From contig OZ256152.1 in the NCBI GenBank assembly GCA_965278035.1, positions 767,389-831,388 of the forward strand: a stretch of 64,000 bases of DNA, read 5' to 3'. The notes beneath the pieces are model-generated. The model was not told where the DNA came from and did not search any database. It was given only the letters and a program-made list of their open reading frames with translations. Shown here in pieces: positions 38,238 through 48,592 of this stretch. Position 1 is the stretch's first letter; every line of letters starts with the position of its first letter. A program made the translations under genes and the position numbers. Origin of the DNA: Fusobacterium paranimalis (GTDB lineage Bacteria; Fusobacteriota; Fusobacteriia; Fusobacteriales; Fusobacteriaceae).

Positions 38238-38479
38238 TTTGTTTCCTCCTATTCATTTCTAAGTATATTTATTCTATAATCTTTATATAGAAAATAGGTG
38301 AGTTACATTCCAGATTTTAAGATAAAATTTAAATAGAATGAGCCGAACAAATCTCAGCTTGTTTGAAGCTGACTTGTCAGCAAGTTGGCTGAATTTGTAG
38401 TGAATTCTTAATTTTTATCTGTTAAGAAATCTGGCTAGTAACGAACTTTTTTCTATTAAGTTAATTTCAAAATTTTCAA

Positions 38480-39277
38480 TTATTGATGAGTCATCATATA
38501 TTTTTGATAAGCAAATAATGCTGCCCCTATTGCTCCATTTAATTGACAATATTCATTTGTATGTAGTTTAAAACCTAAGTTTCTTTCTAAGGCTCTTACC
38601 ATACCTTTATTAAGTGCAACTCCACCAGTCATAACAACATCATCTTTTATACCAATTCTTTTTGCCAAGCTGCCAACACGGCTAGCTATGGCAGTATGGA
38701 TACCTTTTACTATATCTTCAATCTTTGTACCCTTAGCAAGTTGTGAAATTACTTCTGATTCTGCAAATACGGTACAAGTTGAACTTATTGCCACATCAAC
38801 AGTTGATTTTTCATCTAATTTTTCTAAGTCTTCTAAATTTACTTCCAAAACTTTTGCAATTACATCTAAAAATCTTCCTGTTCCTGCTGCACATTTATCA
38901 TTCATAACAAAATTTTCAAGCATTCCATTGTCTCCAATTTTCAATGCTTTTGAATCTTGACCACCAATATCTATAATTGAGTGAACATTTGGAAATAGAA
39001 AATATGCTCCTTTTGCATGACAAGATAATTCAGACATTTGAGCTGGTACTTCTGCTAATGAGTTTCTTCCATAACCAGTTGCAACTGCTCCTTGAAGCTC
39101 ACTAACAGAACTTAATCCAACCTGCTCCAATGCTTCTTTCATTGCTCTAGCTGGTCCACTAGTCCCTGTCCCTACTGATATAACAGATTTTGCAACAATC
39201 TCTTTACCATCTTTTAATATTATACATTTAGATGCTGTAGATCCAACATCTATCCCCATAGTAAAAACATTACTCAT
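38480..39277 (-). CDS. hgdC: 2-hydroxyglutaryl-CoA dehydratase activator (BadF/BadG/BcrA/BcrD-type ATPase)
   Basis: N-terminal motif MGIDVGSTASKCIIL. 265 aa with an ASKHA-fold pattern. Confidence 0.85.
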   Translation of the reverse strand: MSNVFTMGIDVGSTASKCIILKDGKEIVAKSVISVGTGTSGPARAMKEALEQVGLSSVSELQGAVATGYGRNSLAEVPAQMSELSCHAKGAYFLFPNVHSIIDIGGQDSKALKIGDNGMLENFVMNDKCAAGTGRFLDVIAKVLEVNLEDLEKLDEKSTVDVAISSTCTVFAESEVISQLAKGTKIEDIVKGIHTAIASRVGSLAKRIGIKDDVVMTGGVALNKGMVRALERNLGFKLHTNEYCQLNGAIGAALFAYQKYMMTHQ

Positions 39278-39578
39278 TGTTATACTATCCTTTCCTTAAA
39301 AATAAATTAAATTATCCAATCCATACAGCATGTAAACTCTTAGCTACCTCTAAGAATTTTGTTATTATTACTACATTTATAAGATTACTTATAAACCCTT
39401 CAATTACTGGAACTACAAAGAATGCTAACTTAGAATATCTATATTTTTTACATATATACCAATCTCCATATTTCTCCATTTCTAATTTTTAATATAAATA
39501 TTTAAGTTAGAATTCCATTATTATTTACTAACTATCCATTAATATCAGTATCAATGGATAGTCTAGTAAATTTCATAT

Positions 39579-41333
39579 TTATTTTTTTGTATAAGTTTCA
39601 AATTCTCTTATAACTCTTGGTAAAATCATTTGATGGAATGCACAAATTGATTTTGGATTTTGATATACTGCATTAGCAAACGCTTGTATATATCCTCTTA
39701 AATCATATAAAGGTACTATTTCATCAACCATACCTGTTTTAGCACAGTATGCTGGTCTTGATTTAGCTGTATATTCATTTATCAACTGATTCATTTTATC
39801 TATTGTAGGTTGTAAATCCTTTCCAGCTTTATAATCTTTTGCAAGTCTTCTTGAATACATTGCAGAAGCTGCTGTTTCTCCATTCATTACATATACTTCT
39901 GTTGCTGCTGTTCCTAATGAGAAAGCATTTGTATTATTACCTTGTGGTCCACCTAATACATAGTGAGCTGCAGCTGAACCTTTTCTTAAAGTAATTTCTA
40001 TTTGAGGTACATGTGAATTTTCTATTGAATAGATTAAAGATTGTCCTAATCCCAATAATTCAGCTTCTTCAGCAGGATTTCCTACATCTATACCACTTGT
40101 ATCTTGTAACCAAACTATTGGTAATCTATCTCTTGAGCAAAGAGTTACAAATTCACTCATCTTAATAAGTCCTTGACGATATAGTTTACCACCAATTCCA
40201 ACTGATTTTTCTCTATATTCAGGATAATTCATTAAAAGTCCTTGTGCATTTGCAACAACTCCTACAAGTAGTCCATCAACTTTTGCAATTCCTGTTACAA
40301 CTTCTGGTCCATATCCTTTTTTATATTCAGAGAATTCACTATTATCAAATAGACGTCCAATTACATCATAGATATTATAAATTTTCTTTTGATTCATTGG
40401 AATTATTGAATATAAATCATTTGGGTCAAATAGAGGTTCAGTTGGTTCATCAACTCTAAAAAATTCTAAATCATAAGCTGGTAAATAATCCATGTATTTC
40501 TTTATTCCATCTATAACTCCAATTTCATCATCATAAACTTCTCTAAAGAAACCAGTTTTATCATAGTGAACATGTATAGTTCCTGGAACTTCAATTTTTT
40601 TAGCTGCCATTGTAGCTTCTGCTATTTGGATAGCTCCTTCCATATCTATATACCCTTTTGGATTCATTCCTCCAACAATTCCTGCTCCTCCAACTGCCAT
40701 ATTAGCATCTTTATGAGCTATTAATATTGTAGGACTGATACTATGATATCCTCCTCCTGCTGGGTTAGTTCCATATATTCCAACTATTACTGGAATTCCT
40801 AATTGTTGTAATTCTGCATTACGAAAGAATGGAGTTCCTCCACCTCTTCTATTAGCATAAACTTTTTCTTGTTCATCAAGTTTAACACCACTACAATTTA
40901 GAACATAAACTAATGGAATACCTAAGCATTTAGCTGTATCTGATGCTCTTAATAGGTTATCTGCTTGACCTGGAACCCAAGCTCCAACTATTTTCTTATT
41001 ATCAGAAGCAACAACCACTGCCCATTTTCCACCAATTCTTCCTAATCCTTTTACTATACCAGTTCCAGTTTCAAAATCTTCTGGATTATATAAAGTATTT
41101 AAAGGATACCAAGTTCCTTCATCTACTAATTCTGTTACTCTTTCTAATGCAGTCATTTGACCTTTATCATGAATTTTTTCATCAGGAGTTCCTGAATCTT
41201 GCATTGCTTGGATACTTTGAGCAATAGCATCTTCAATTTCTCTTACTGCATTTTCATTAGTTTCATCAATATTAACTAATGAATTTCCTACTTGTGGCAT
41301 ATTTTGAAAATATTTAGGCATTGAATAATTCAT
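39579..41333 (-). CDS. gcdA: Glutaconyl-CoA decarboxylase alpha subunit (carboxyltransferase)
   Basis: 584 aa, the GcdA size, and a carboxyltransferase family member. It is clustered with gcdB/C/D and gctAB. Confidence 0.8.
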   Translation of the reverse strand: MNYSMPKYFQNMPQVGNSLVNIDETNENAVREIEDAIAQSIQAMQDSGTPDEKIHDKGQMTALERVTELVDEGTWYPLNTLYNPEDFETGTGIVKGLGRIGGKWAVVVASDNKKIVGAWVPGQADNLLRASDTAKCLGIPLVYVLNCSGVKLDEQEKVYANRRGGGTPFFRNAELQQLGIPVIVGIYGTNPAGGGYHSISPTILIAHKDANMAVGGAGIVGGMNPKGYIDMEGAIQIAEATMAAKKIEVPGTIHVHYDKTGFFREVYDDEIGVIDGIKKYMDYLPAYDLEFFRVDEPTEPLFDPNDLYSIIPMNQKKIYNIYDVIGRLFDNSEFSEYKKGYGPEVVTGIAKVDGLLVGVVANAQGLLMNYPEYREKSVGIGGKLYRQGLIKMSEFVTLCSRDRLPIVWLQDTSGIDVGNPAEEAELLGLGQSLIYSIENSHVPQIEITLRKGSAAAHYVLGGPQGNNTNAFSLGTAATEVYVMNGETAASAMYSRRLAKDYKAGKDLQPTIDKMNQLINEYTAKSRPAYCAKTGMVDEIVPLYDLRGYIQAFANAVYQNPKSICAFHQMILPRVIREFETYTKK

Positions 41334-41348
41334 TTATCTTCTCCTCTC

Positions 41349-42152
41349 TTATTCTTCCACTGGAACTTTTATAAATGCTTGTCCTGGATCTATGTCTTCT
41401 CTTATCATTTTTATGATTTCTTCACTTGGAGCTTCCAATTGTACTGCTCTTGAAGTATCAATTTCAAATCCAGTGTTTTCAACTATATCTTCTATTGTAA
41501 CTCCTGGATAATATCCAGCTAAGTACATTCTCTTAGTTACTTCATCAAATCTTAGAATTCCTTTATCTGTAACAACAGCAAGTGGTCCTCTGTTTCCAGG
41601 AAGCCCTAATTTTTCTCTTCCTCCTGGTCCTCCTGCCCAACCAACACTTGTTACATAATCAATTTTATCTATAAATCTTCTTTTTTCATGTTGCATCATT
41701 ATTACAGTATTAGAATAAGTAGCTATACCATTAGCACCTCCACTTCCTGTAAATCTTGTTTTTGGTTTTATATAATCATCACCAATGATAGTTGAATTTA
41801 AATCTCCATAAGGATTAATTTGAGCTCCTCCTATGAAAGCTATCATTCTGTCATTACCATTTAAGTATTCATTAGTTTCAAAACCTATAAATCTTACATT
41901 TGGCCATTGAACAGCACAGTGTCCCATAAGTCTTAAATCTCCAACACTTCTTGGAACTTCTATTGGGCTACAATCCATAAGTCCACTTTCAACTATTAGT
42001 TTACAATTAGGGGCAAATTTATTTTTAGCAACAGTTGCTCCTATTAAAGGCAATCCTGTTCCCACTATAACTATTTGTCCATCTTTTATTTCCTTAGCAA
42101 TGGTAATAGCTTGCATTTCTTTATTTGTGTAGTTTTTATAATTTTTCACCAT
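41349..42152 (-). CDS. gctB: Glutaconate CoA-transferase subunit B
   Basis: 267 aa. CoA-transferase family I beta subunit. It pairs with the upstream 321-aa alpha subunit. Confidence 0.75.
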   Translation of the reverse strand: MVKNYKNYTNKEMQAITIAKEIKDGQIVIVGTGLPLIGATVAKNKFAPNCKLIVESGLMDCSPIEVPRSVGDLRLMGHCAVQWPNVRFIGFETNEYLNGNDRMIAFIGGAQINPYGDLNSTIIGDDYIKPKTRFTGSGGANGIATYSNTVIMMQHEKRRFIDKIDYVTSVGWAGGPGGREKLGLPGNRGPLAVVTDKGILRFDEVTKRMYLAGYYPGVTIEDIVENTGFEIDTSRAVQLEAPSEEIIKMIREDIDPGQAFIKVPVEE

Positions 42153-42154
42153 TA

Positions 42155-43120
42155 TTATTCACCATCCTTAACTAATTTTGCAGCATATTGGAATCCTGGA
42201 ACTACTTTTAATTTACATAGTCTTGGTGCTCCTAATTTATTTAGATATCCTTCATGATCCTTAACATCTATAACCCATTCTTTTATAAATTTTTCAAAGT
42301 CTTCATCTGTTTTAGTTACAGAATCGTACATTTTATAGAAAGTAGGGTCATAATCATAATAGTTATATAATTGAGATGGGTGTGTTCCATAAGGAACATG
42401 AACTACTGCATCTACACAAAATTGTGGTATTGAGTTTTTAGCTGGATCTCTTCTAATTTCTTCTTCTGTTACAATTTCTTCTGCTATAACTATAACTTTT
42501 CTTGCAGCAATAGCTATATCTATATCATGGAATTCATCTCCTTCTATTGAACAAGTTCCATTAATAGATGCTTTTTGAACAGAAATTATAGCTGTATCCA
42601 ATCTTGGAACTGGAACTGCTATTACTTCATCTCCTTCTTTAAATGGATTAGGTATTCTTTCTAATTTCTTATCAGGCAATTTAGGAATTGTCTTTCTGAT
42701 TTCTGCACTTATTCCCCATTTGTATTCTAAGTCACTACCTTCCATTAGTTTTACTGGTAAGTATGGTAAACCTAATGAAGAAGCATGTAACATTAACATA
42801 ATCACATCTTGAGAATAATCTTCTAATAATAAATTATGTTTCTTTTCTACTGCATCTCTAAATCTTCTACAAACATTGGTATATCCTGAGTTAGCTATGT
42901 AACAGTTAATGAATGCTTTAATTCTTCCACATCCTATTAACATATCCCAATCTCCACCTGCTGGACCAGAATATCCTATAAAATCTGTTTGTCCTTGTCT
43001 AATAATTTCATAAACAGCCGCATAAGGCTTTCTATTTGTTGTGAATCCTCCAAAACATAAGCTATCTCCAGATTCAACATACTTCGCTATTGCATCATGT
43101 AAAGACATTACTTTGCTCAC
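42155..43120 (-). CDS. gctA: Glutaconate CoA-transferase subunit A
   Basis: 321 aa. CoA-transferase family I alpha subunit. Confidence 0.75.
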   Translation of the reverse strand: MSKVMSLHDAIAKYVESGDSLCFGGFTTNRKPYAAVYEIIRQGQTDFIGYSGPAGGDWDMLIGCGRIKAFINCYIANSGYTNVCRRFRDAVEKKHNLLLEDYSQDVIMLMLHASSLGLPYLPVKLMEGSDLEYKWGISAEIRKTIPKLPDKKLERIPNPFKEGDEVIAVPVPRLDTAIISVQKASINGTCSIEGDEFHDIDIAIAARKVIVIAEEIVTEEEIRRDPAKNSIPQFCVDAVVHVPYGTHPSQLYNYYDYDPTFYKMYDSVTKTDEDFEKFIKEWVIDVKDHEGYLNKLGAPRLCKLKVVPGFQYAAKLVKDGE

Positions 43121-43217
43121 AAAAATCCCTCCTAAATTTTTTTATAAATAGTATAAGATTGGATCTTAACCCAACCTTATAGCTATTTTTTTATATTATT
43201 TTCTTAATTTTATTTTC

Positions 43218-44345
43218 TTACATTGTTCCTTTAAATACCATCATAAAGAATCCAGCTGCAACTGCTGATCCTATTACTCCTGCAACATTTGGTCCCATTG
43301 CGTGCATTAATAAGAAGTTAGTTGGGTTTTCTTTTGCACCAACTGTTTGGGAAACACGTGCTGCCATAGGAACTGCTGAAACCCCAGCTGAACCTATAAG
43401 AGGATTTATTTTCCCTCCTGTTATAAGATATAGAAGTTTTCCTAAAAGAACTCCTCCTATTGTAGAGAAACAGAAAGCTGCAAGTCCCATCGCTATGATT
43501 TTTAATGTACTTATATCTAAAAATGTTGCTCCTTCTGCCTTAGCTCCAACACTTAACCCTAACATAATTGTTATTATATTAATCAGAGCATTTTGTGCTG
43601 TGTCAGACAATCTTTGAACAACTCCAGATTCTTTAAATAGATTTCCTAACATCAATAATCCAAGTAATGGAGCAACTGATGGTAATAATAGAGATGTAAA
43701 TAGTACAACTGCTATTGGGAAAACTATTTTTTCTGCTTTAGATACTTTTCTTAATTGTCCCATTTTTACTGCTCTTTCTTTTTTAGTAGTTAAAGCTTTC
43801 ATAATAGGTGGTTGAATTAATGGTATCAAAGCCATATATGAATAAGCTGCAACTGCTATTGGAGCCAATAAATGTGGTGCCAAATTATTTGCAATATATA
43901 TAGATGTAGGTCCATCAGCTCCACCAATTATCCCAATTGCTGCTGCTTCAGCTGGTGTAAAACCTATTTGAGTTGCAAATATAAATGCTACATATATACC
44001 TAATTGTGCTGCTGCTCCTAATAATAAACTGATAGGATTAGCTATCAATGGAGAAAAATCTGTCATTGCTCCAACTCCCATAAATACTAAACAAGGGAAT
44101 AGATTACTTTTTACTCCATAAGACATTATACTTATAACTCCACCTTCATCCATCAATCCTGCCAATGGTAAATTTACCAAGAACATACCAAAAGATATGG
44201 GTAGTAATAATAATGGTTCAAATTTTTTAACTATTGCTAGGTAGAATAAAATAAATGATACAAATATCATAGCAATATTCTGCCAAGTAAGAGCTGCAAA
44301 ACCTGACGCCTCTAATAGTTCTGTTAATACACTAAAAAAACTCAT
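43218..44345 (-). CDS. gcdB: Glutaconyl-CoA decarboxylase beta subunit (Na+-translocating)
   Basis: 375 aa, polytopic. Sodium-ion decarboxylase beta-subunit family. Confidence 0.8.
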   Translation of the reverse strand: MSFFSVLTELLEASGFAALTWQNIAMIFVSFILFYLAIVKKFEPLLLLPISFGMFLVNLPLAGLMDEGGVISIMSYGVKSNLFPCLVFMGVGAMTDFSPLIANPISLLLGAAAQLGIYVAFIFATQIGFTPAEAAAIGIIGGADGPTSIYIANNLAPHLLAPIAVAAYSYMALIPLIQPPIMKALTTKKERAVKMGQLRKVSKAEKIVFPIAVVLFTSLLLPSVAPLLGLLMLGNLFKESGVVQRLSDTAQNALINIITIMLGLSVGAKAEGATFLDISTLKIIAMGLAAFCFSTIGGVLLGKLLYLITGGKINPLIGSAGVSAVPMAARVSQTVGAKENPTNFLLMHAMGPNVAGVIGSAVAAGFFMMVFKGTM

Positions 44346-44359
44346 CTAAAATCCTCTCC

Positions 44360-44767
44360 TTATTTCAACACTATTAAAACTGAGTCAGTTTCTACTGCAT
44401 CTCCTTTTTTAACTTTTATTTCAGCAACTTCACCATCAAGTGTTGCTGGAATATCATTTTCCATTTTCATTGCTTCTAATATTGCAAGGGTTTGTCCAAA
44501 TTTTACTTTGTCTCCTACATTTACTTTAACATCTAAAATTGTTCCAGGCATTGGACTTGTTATTGTAGTTCCACCAGTAGTAGTTGCTGTTGGAGCTACT
44601 TCAACAGGTGTTGGGGCTACCTTAGTTTCTACAACTGGTTCTGCTTTAACTGCTTCTCTTCTTTCTGCTCTTTCAACAGGTTGACGAGATAATGATTTTG
44701 CTGCCCCTCCAACTTTTTCAACTTCAACCTCAAATTTTTTACCATTTACTGTTACTACGTATTTCAT
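44360..44767 (-). CDS. gcdC: Glutaconyl-CoA decarboxylase biotin carrier subunit
   Basis: Ala/Pro-rich linker and a biotinyl-lysine motif EAMKMEN. The ATG at 44767 has an AAGGAG Shine-Dalgarno sequence. The track start is at 44785. Confidence 0.8.
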   Translation of the reverse strand: MKYVVTVNGKKFEVEVEKVGGAAKSLSRQPVERAERREAVKAEPVVETKVAPTPVEVAPTATTTGGTTITSPMPGTILDVKVNVGDKVKFGQTLAILEAMKMENDIPATLDGEVAEIKVKKGDAVETDSVLIVLK

Positions 44768-44804
44768 TTTTTCTCCTTTCCTCATTCCTTAAATTTTTTA
44801 ATTT

Positions 44805-45143
44805 TTAAATTTCTGTTATACTAACAATAGTAAATCTTTCAACAGGCTCTCTCATTTCTTCACTAATAGCTGAGATGATAACTGCTAATCTTTCAACTTC
44901 TTCTTGGTTATCTTTTTCTGCAACCACTTTTGAAGTAACCACTGTTGAACCACTTGCATCTGTACTTACTGCATTTGTAACTGGTTTTTGTACTGGTACT
45001 TCATCTTTAACAAAAAGATTTATAACTTTTGATGATATAATTATAAATAGTGCTAATGAAATTAAACAAATAAACACTATTGAGAAACCTATCATAAAAG
45101 TTACTATACTTTCTCCAAAAGTCATAGCATTAGATGTCCACAT
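44805..45143 (-). CDS. gcdD: Glutaconyl-CoA decarboxylase delta (OadG-like membrane anchor) subunit
   Basis: 112 aa with an N-terminal TM helix. It is the first gene of the gcd operon. Confidence 0.55.
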   Translation of the reverse strand: MWTSNAMTFGESIVTFMIGFSIVFICLISLALFIIISSKVINLFVKDEVPVQKPVTNAVSTDASGSTVVTSKVVAEKDNQEEVERLAVIISAISEEMREPVERFTIVSITEI

Positions 45144-45165
45144 AGCTTTTCCCCCTTTTTTAATT

Positions 45166-47184
45166 TTAGATGTTACTTATCAAATAATCATAGATATTCA
45201 ATCTACTATTATTAAAACTAAATTCATTATTTAGGAAAAATAATTTCACAAAATTATAAATAATTCCTCTATATTTTTTTTCGCAATTTGAATTTATCAA
45301 TATAATTGAACTTATTTTTTTACTATTCATGTCTATTTCTCTTTCATTTATTGCAATTAGTGTACTATCTTGACTATTTTTTGTATTTAATTTATGAAAA
45401 ATTATTCCAATTTTAAACCCCAAATAAGAGTAAAAATTATTATTTGATGCTTTATTTATGATATCATTAATATCACTTTTTTGCAAGAAAGATAAATTTA
45501 AAAACTTATTTAAAATTTCTTCAAATGAATTCAAATTTACTTTAAAAATATTTTCTTGTTTTAAAAAATTTCCTAATGAAAATTTATTTTTATCTATATC
45601 ATTATAAATTTTTTCTGAAAATACTTCATCTAAGTTATTTATAAGTTTTTTTACATTTACATTAGATGAATTTTCTAATATTACTTTTAATAGAGCTGTC
45701 ATCTTTATTTTTTTATTTTTTTTAAGTCCTGCATTTTCAAGTTTTTTTATATCCTTTTCTGTTAAAATAGGATTTAATTCTATAATTTTAGTATGTTTAA
45801 TTTCTTTCACAAAATCGTCTTCCACAGAAAAAGTTGTTAAAATATAATCATAATCATCTAAATCTTTTTCTATTTGCTCAAAACTCTTCAAAGTCAAGAT
45901 TTTATCTATATCTATCAAAAATTCTGTTTCTATATCTTCTTTTAAAAAGAGTGCTATATTTTCTTTATATGTAGTAACAAGTATCCCCTTCTTATTTATC
46001 TTGTTGTTATTTTGTAAAGCCTTATGAAAAAAAGGTACTAAATATGCTATTTCCTCATCTGAAACTTTTTTATTAATAACTTCTTCTAAATAATAAAAAT
46101 TTTTTTTTAAAAAATTAAATATAGTTGGGTACAAGTCTTTCACATCTTTTAATATTGAATTTTTCAATTTTATTTTTCTTTTAGTTCTAAAAATCAAAGG
46201 TTTTATATAATAAAATATTTTATCAAGAAATACATCTATATTTTTTAAATCAACTTTACTCTCAATTTCAAATATTCTAACTATTTTAATTATAGCTATA
46301 CTGATATCTAACCAATTTTTAAATTTTACAAAAACATCTTTTTCATCTCTGCTAATTCTAAATAAATAATCTGTGAAAAATAATAAATTAATATTTGTAA
46401 AATCTGGAAAAAAATTTTTCAGTTGCAAATATTCCTGTCTTTTTTCTAAAATTTCAGTATTTTCAATATTTAAGTTAGAATTTTTTTTCTCTCTTTTATG
46501 TGAAACAACCATTAAAATAACTAAAATATTTAAAGTTTCATCCATAAAATCCAGTTCAGCTTTTTTTATCCTTTTAGAAACTGACTCTATCTCTGACATA
46601 TATTCTTCTTTTATTTCTTTATAAATCACTTTTCTAAAATAACTTATGTCATCAAAAAAGATTTTGTCATACTTCTTGTCAAAACTTACATATTTATATA
46701 GATAGATTGCTATAAAATATCTATAATCTTTTTCTGAATAATCAAAATAATATTTTAATTTATCATCTTGTAATAATTTAATATTATATTCTAATAATAT
46801 TTTTTTTAAATTTTTTAAATCATTTCTTATAGTAGATTTACTTGTACCTAATTTTTCAGCTATTTCCTTTAATAAAAATTTATCTTTTTTCATTAAAGTA
46901 TAAAGTATTATAAGTTCTGCTCTTTCCTTTTGGCTATAAATGTAATTTCTACTCTCAATATTTTTAAAAAGTTTATTCATATCATCTTTATCTAAAGAAG
47001 AAAAAAACTCTCTCTTTTTTATTTCAATTTTTTTTGAACCTATTTCTTCATTAATTTCATCTATTTTGTAACGAACACTTCTTTCAGTTAAATTTAAAAG
47101 TTCTGCTATTTTAGATAGTTTTTTTTCATTTTCAATAAGTTTTAATAATTCAAAATGCTGTTTTTTTAGCATTTTTCCCTCCAA
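45166..47184 (-). CDS. Multi-domain HTH regulator, BglG/MtlR/LicR-like (two HTH plus PRD-like regions)
   Basis: 672 aa with two N-terminal HTH segments (LSKIAELLNLTERSVRYKI and LKEIAEKLGTSKSTIRNDL). The overall length is typical of PRD-containing activators. Confidence 0.4.
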   Translation of the reverse strand: MEGKMLKKQHFELLKLIENEKKLSKIAELLNLTERSVRYKIDEINEEIGSKKIEIKKREFFSSLDKDDMNKLFKNIESRNYIYSQKERAELIILYTLMKKDKFLLKEIAEKLGTSKSTIRNDLKNLKKILLEYNIKLLQDDKLKYYFDYSEKDYRYFIAIYLYKYVSFDKKYDKIFFDDISYFRKVIYKEIKEEYMSEIESVSKRIKKAELDFMDETLNILVILMVVSHKREKKNSNLNIENTEILEKRQEYLQLKNFFPDFTNINLLFFTDYLFRISRDEKDVFVKFKNWLDISIAIIKIVRIFEIESKVDLKNIDVFLDKIFYYIKPLIFRTKRKIKLKNSILKDVKDLYPTIFNFLKKNFYYLEEVINKKVSDEEIAYLVPFFHKALQNNNKINKKGILVTTYKENIALFLKEDIETEFLIDIDKILTLKSFEQIEKDLDDYDYILTTFSVEDDFVKEIKHTKIIELNPILTEKDIKKLENAGLKKNKKIKMTALLKVILENSSNVNVKKLINNLDEVFSEKIYNDIDKNKFSLGNFLKQENIFKVNLNSFEEILNKFLNLSFLQKSDINDIINKASNNNFYSYLGFKIGIIFHKLNTKNSQDSTLIAINEREIDMNSKKISSIILINSNCEKKYRGIIYNFVKLFFLNNEFSFNNSRLNIYDYLISNI

Positions 47185-47444
47185 TAGTTTTTTAACATAT
47201 AAGTGTTCTGAAATTTGACAATTTGAAAATTATTTTAAAAGAATTAAAATATATACACATAATTAATAACAATATTTATTTAATTAATAATACAATTTTT
47301 TTATATATTTTACTAGCTTTTTTTTATTTCATAAATTTGTGAAATAAATTGCACAGATATTTTATCATAAATTAAAAAGAAAGAATATGTATATTACAAA
47401 TCATATAGTTAAATTTGTAACATTTATATCCTTCCTTCTTTATT

Positions 47445-48245
47445 TTAAAATATATTTATATTCCAAAGAATAATTGCTTTTATAATATATTCTTTTGATA
47501 TAATTTTTCCATTCTTTTCTTTTCCTTTTAAAAATTCTATTATTTTATTTTTTTCTTCATCTGTACATATAATTTGCTCTATATAATCTGTTACAGTTTT
47601 TTCTGCTTCATAAATATATTTATCATAATAAATTTCTGGAAAGTAACCCAAATTCCATACAATATTCCATACTCCATAAGTATATTCTTTTTGGTTTGAG
47701 TGAAGTTTATTAAGTTTTCTTCCTAACATTTCTTCTATTTCTTCTCTAATTGGATCTTTATCATATACAAATCTTTCCATTAAACAATATTTTTTTGAAA
47801 TCAAGCACATTCTTTTTATATGTTCAATAGTAATAATTGCTGGAGTCATGCTAGCAAATACCAAATCAAACTCTTTTTCTTTTGTAAAATTTTCCATCCA
47901 ATTTCCATGAACAAATTTAGCTTCACTTACATTTTTTAATTTTTCTTTAGCATAATCTAACATCTTAGAAGAAATATCTGTTCCTGTTACATAAGAAGTA
48001 AATTTTGAAAATTCTAAAAGATGTCTTCCTGTACCACAACCAATATCTAAAACTTTTGAATTTTCATTCAATAATTTTTTTTCTTTTACCATTTTAAAAA
48101 TAAGTCTATCTGAAAAATTTTCTTGTTTTTTTTCTGTTCTTTTAAAAAACCATTCACTTTTACTATCCCATATTTTTTCTAAATCTTCTTGCTTTTCCTC
48201 TTTATCTTCTCTTTGCATAATTTTCTCAAATTCTTCTATCTTCAT
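47445..48245 (-). CDS. Class I SAM-dependent methyltransferase
   Basis: SAM-binding motif VLDIGCGTGRHLLEF. Confidence 0.7.
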   Translation of the reverse strand: MKIEEFEKIMQREDKEEKQEDLEKIWDSKSEWFFKRTEKKQENFSDRLIFKMVKEKKLLNENSKVLDIGCGTGRHLLEFSKFTSYVTGTDISSKMLDYAKEKLKNVSEAKFVHGNWMENFTKEKEFDLVFASMTPAIITIEHIKRMCLISKKYCLMERFVYDKDPIREEIEEMLGRKLNKLHSNQKEYTYGVWNIVWNLGYFPEIYYDKYIYEAEKTVTDYIEQIICTDEEKNKIIEFLKGKEKNGKIISKEYIIKAIILWNINIF

Positions 48246-48592
48246 TTTTCTCCTTCTAGTAAATTTTCAAATTTTTTTAAAAAAACTTCAAAATTTCTCT
48301 TTCTAATTACAATATCTTCTTTCCATTCATATAAGGCTTCCCAGCCTTTTTCTGTTAAGCTATATATTTTTTTAGCTGCTCCTTCATCAGGTAAATACCA
48401 ATCTACTGTTACTAACCCTTCTTTTTCTAAACTGCTAAGACAACGATATACTGTTGACATATCTCTGGTAAATCCTGGAAAATTTTCTAAAAGAGATTTT
48501 TTCACTTCTCTTGGACTATAATTTTTTTCTGCTAACAATACCAAAACAAAAGCAGTTAAATGTTTAAATTTAGATCTTTCATTAATATCCAT
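48242..48592 (-). CDS. PadR-family transcriptional regulator
   Basis: 116 aa with a winged-helix pattern (YRCLSSLEKEGLV...Y.LTEKG). Confidence 0.6.
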   Translation of the reverse strand: MDINERSKFKHLTAFVLVLLAEKNYSPREVKKSLLENFPGFTRDMSTVYRCLSSLEKEGLVTVDWYLPDEGAAKKIYSLTEKGWEALYEWKEDIVIRKRNFEVFLKKFENLLEGEK

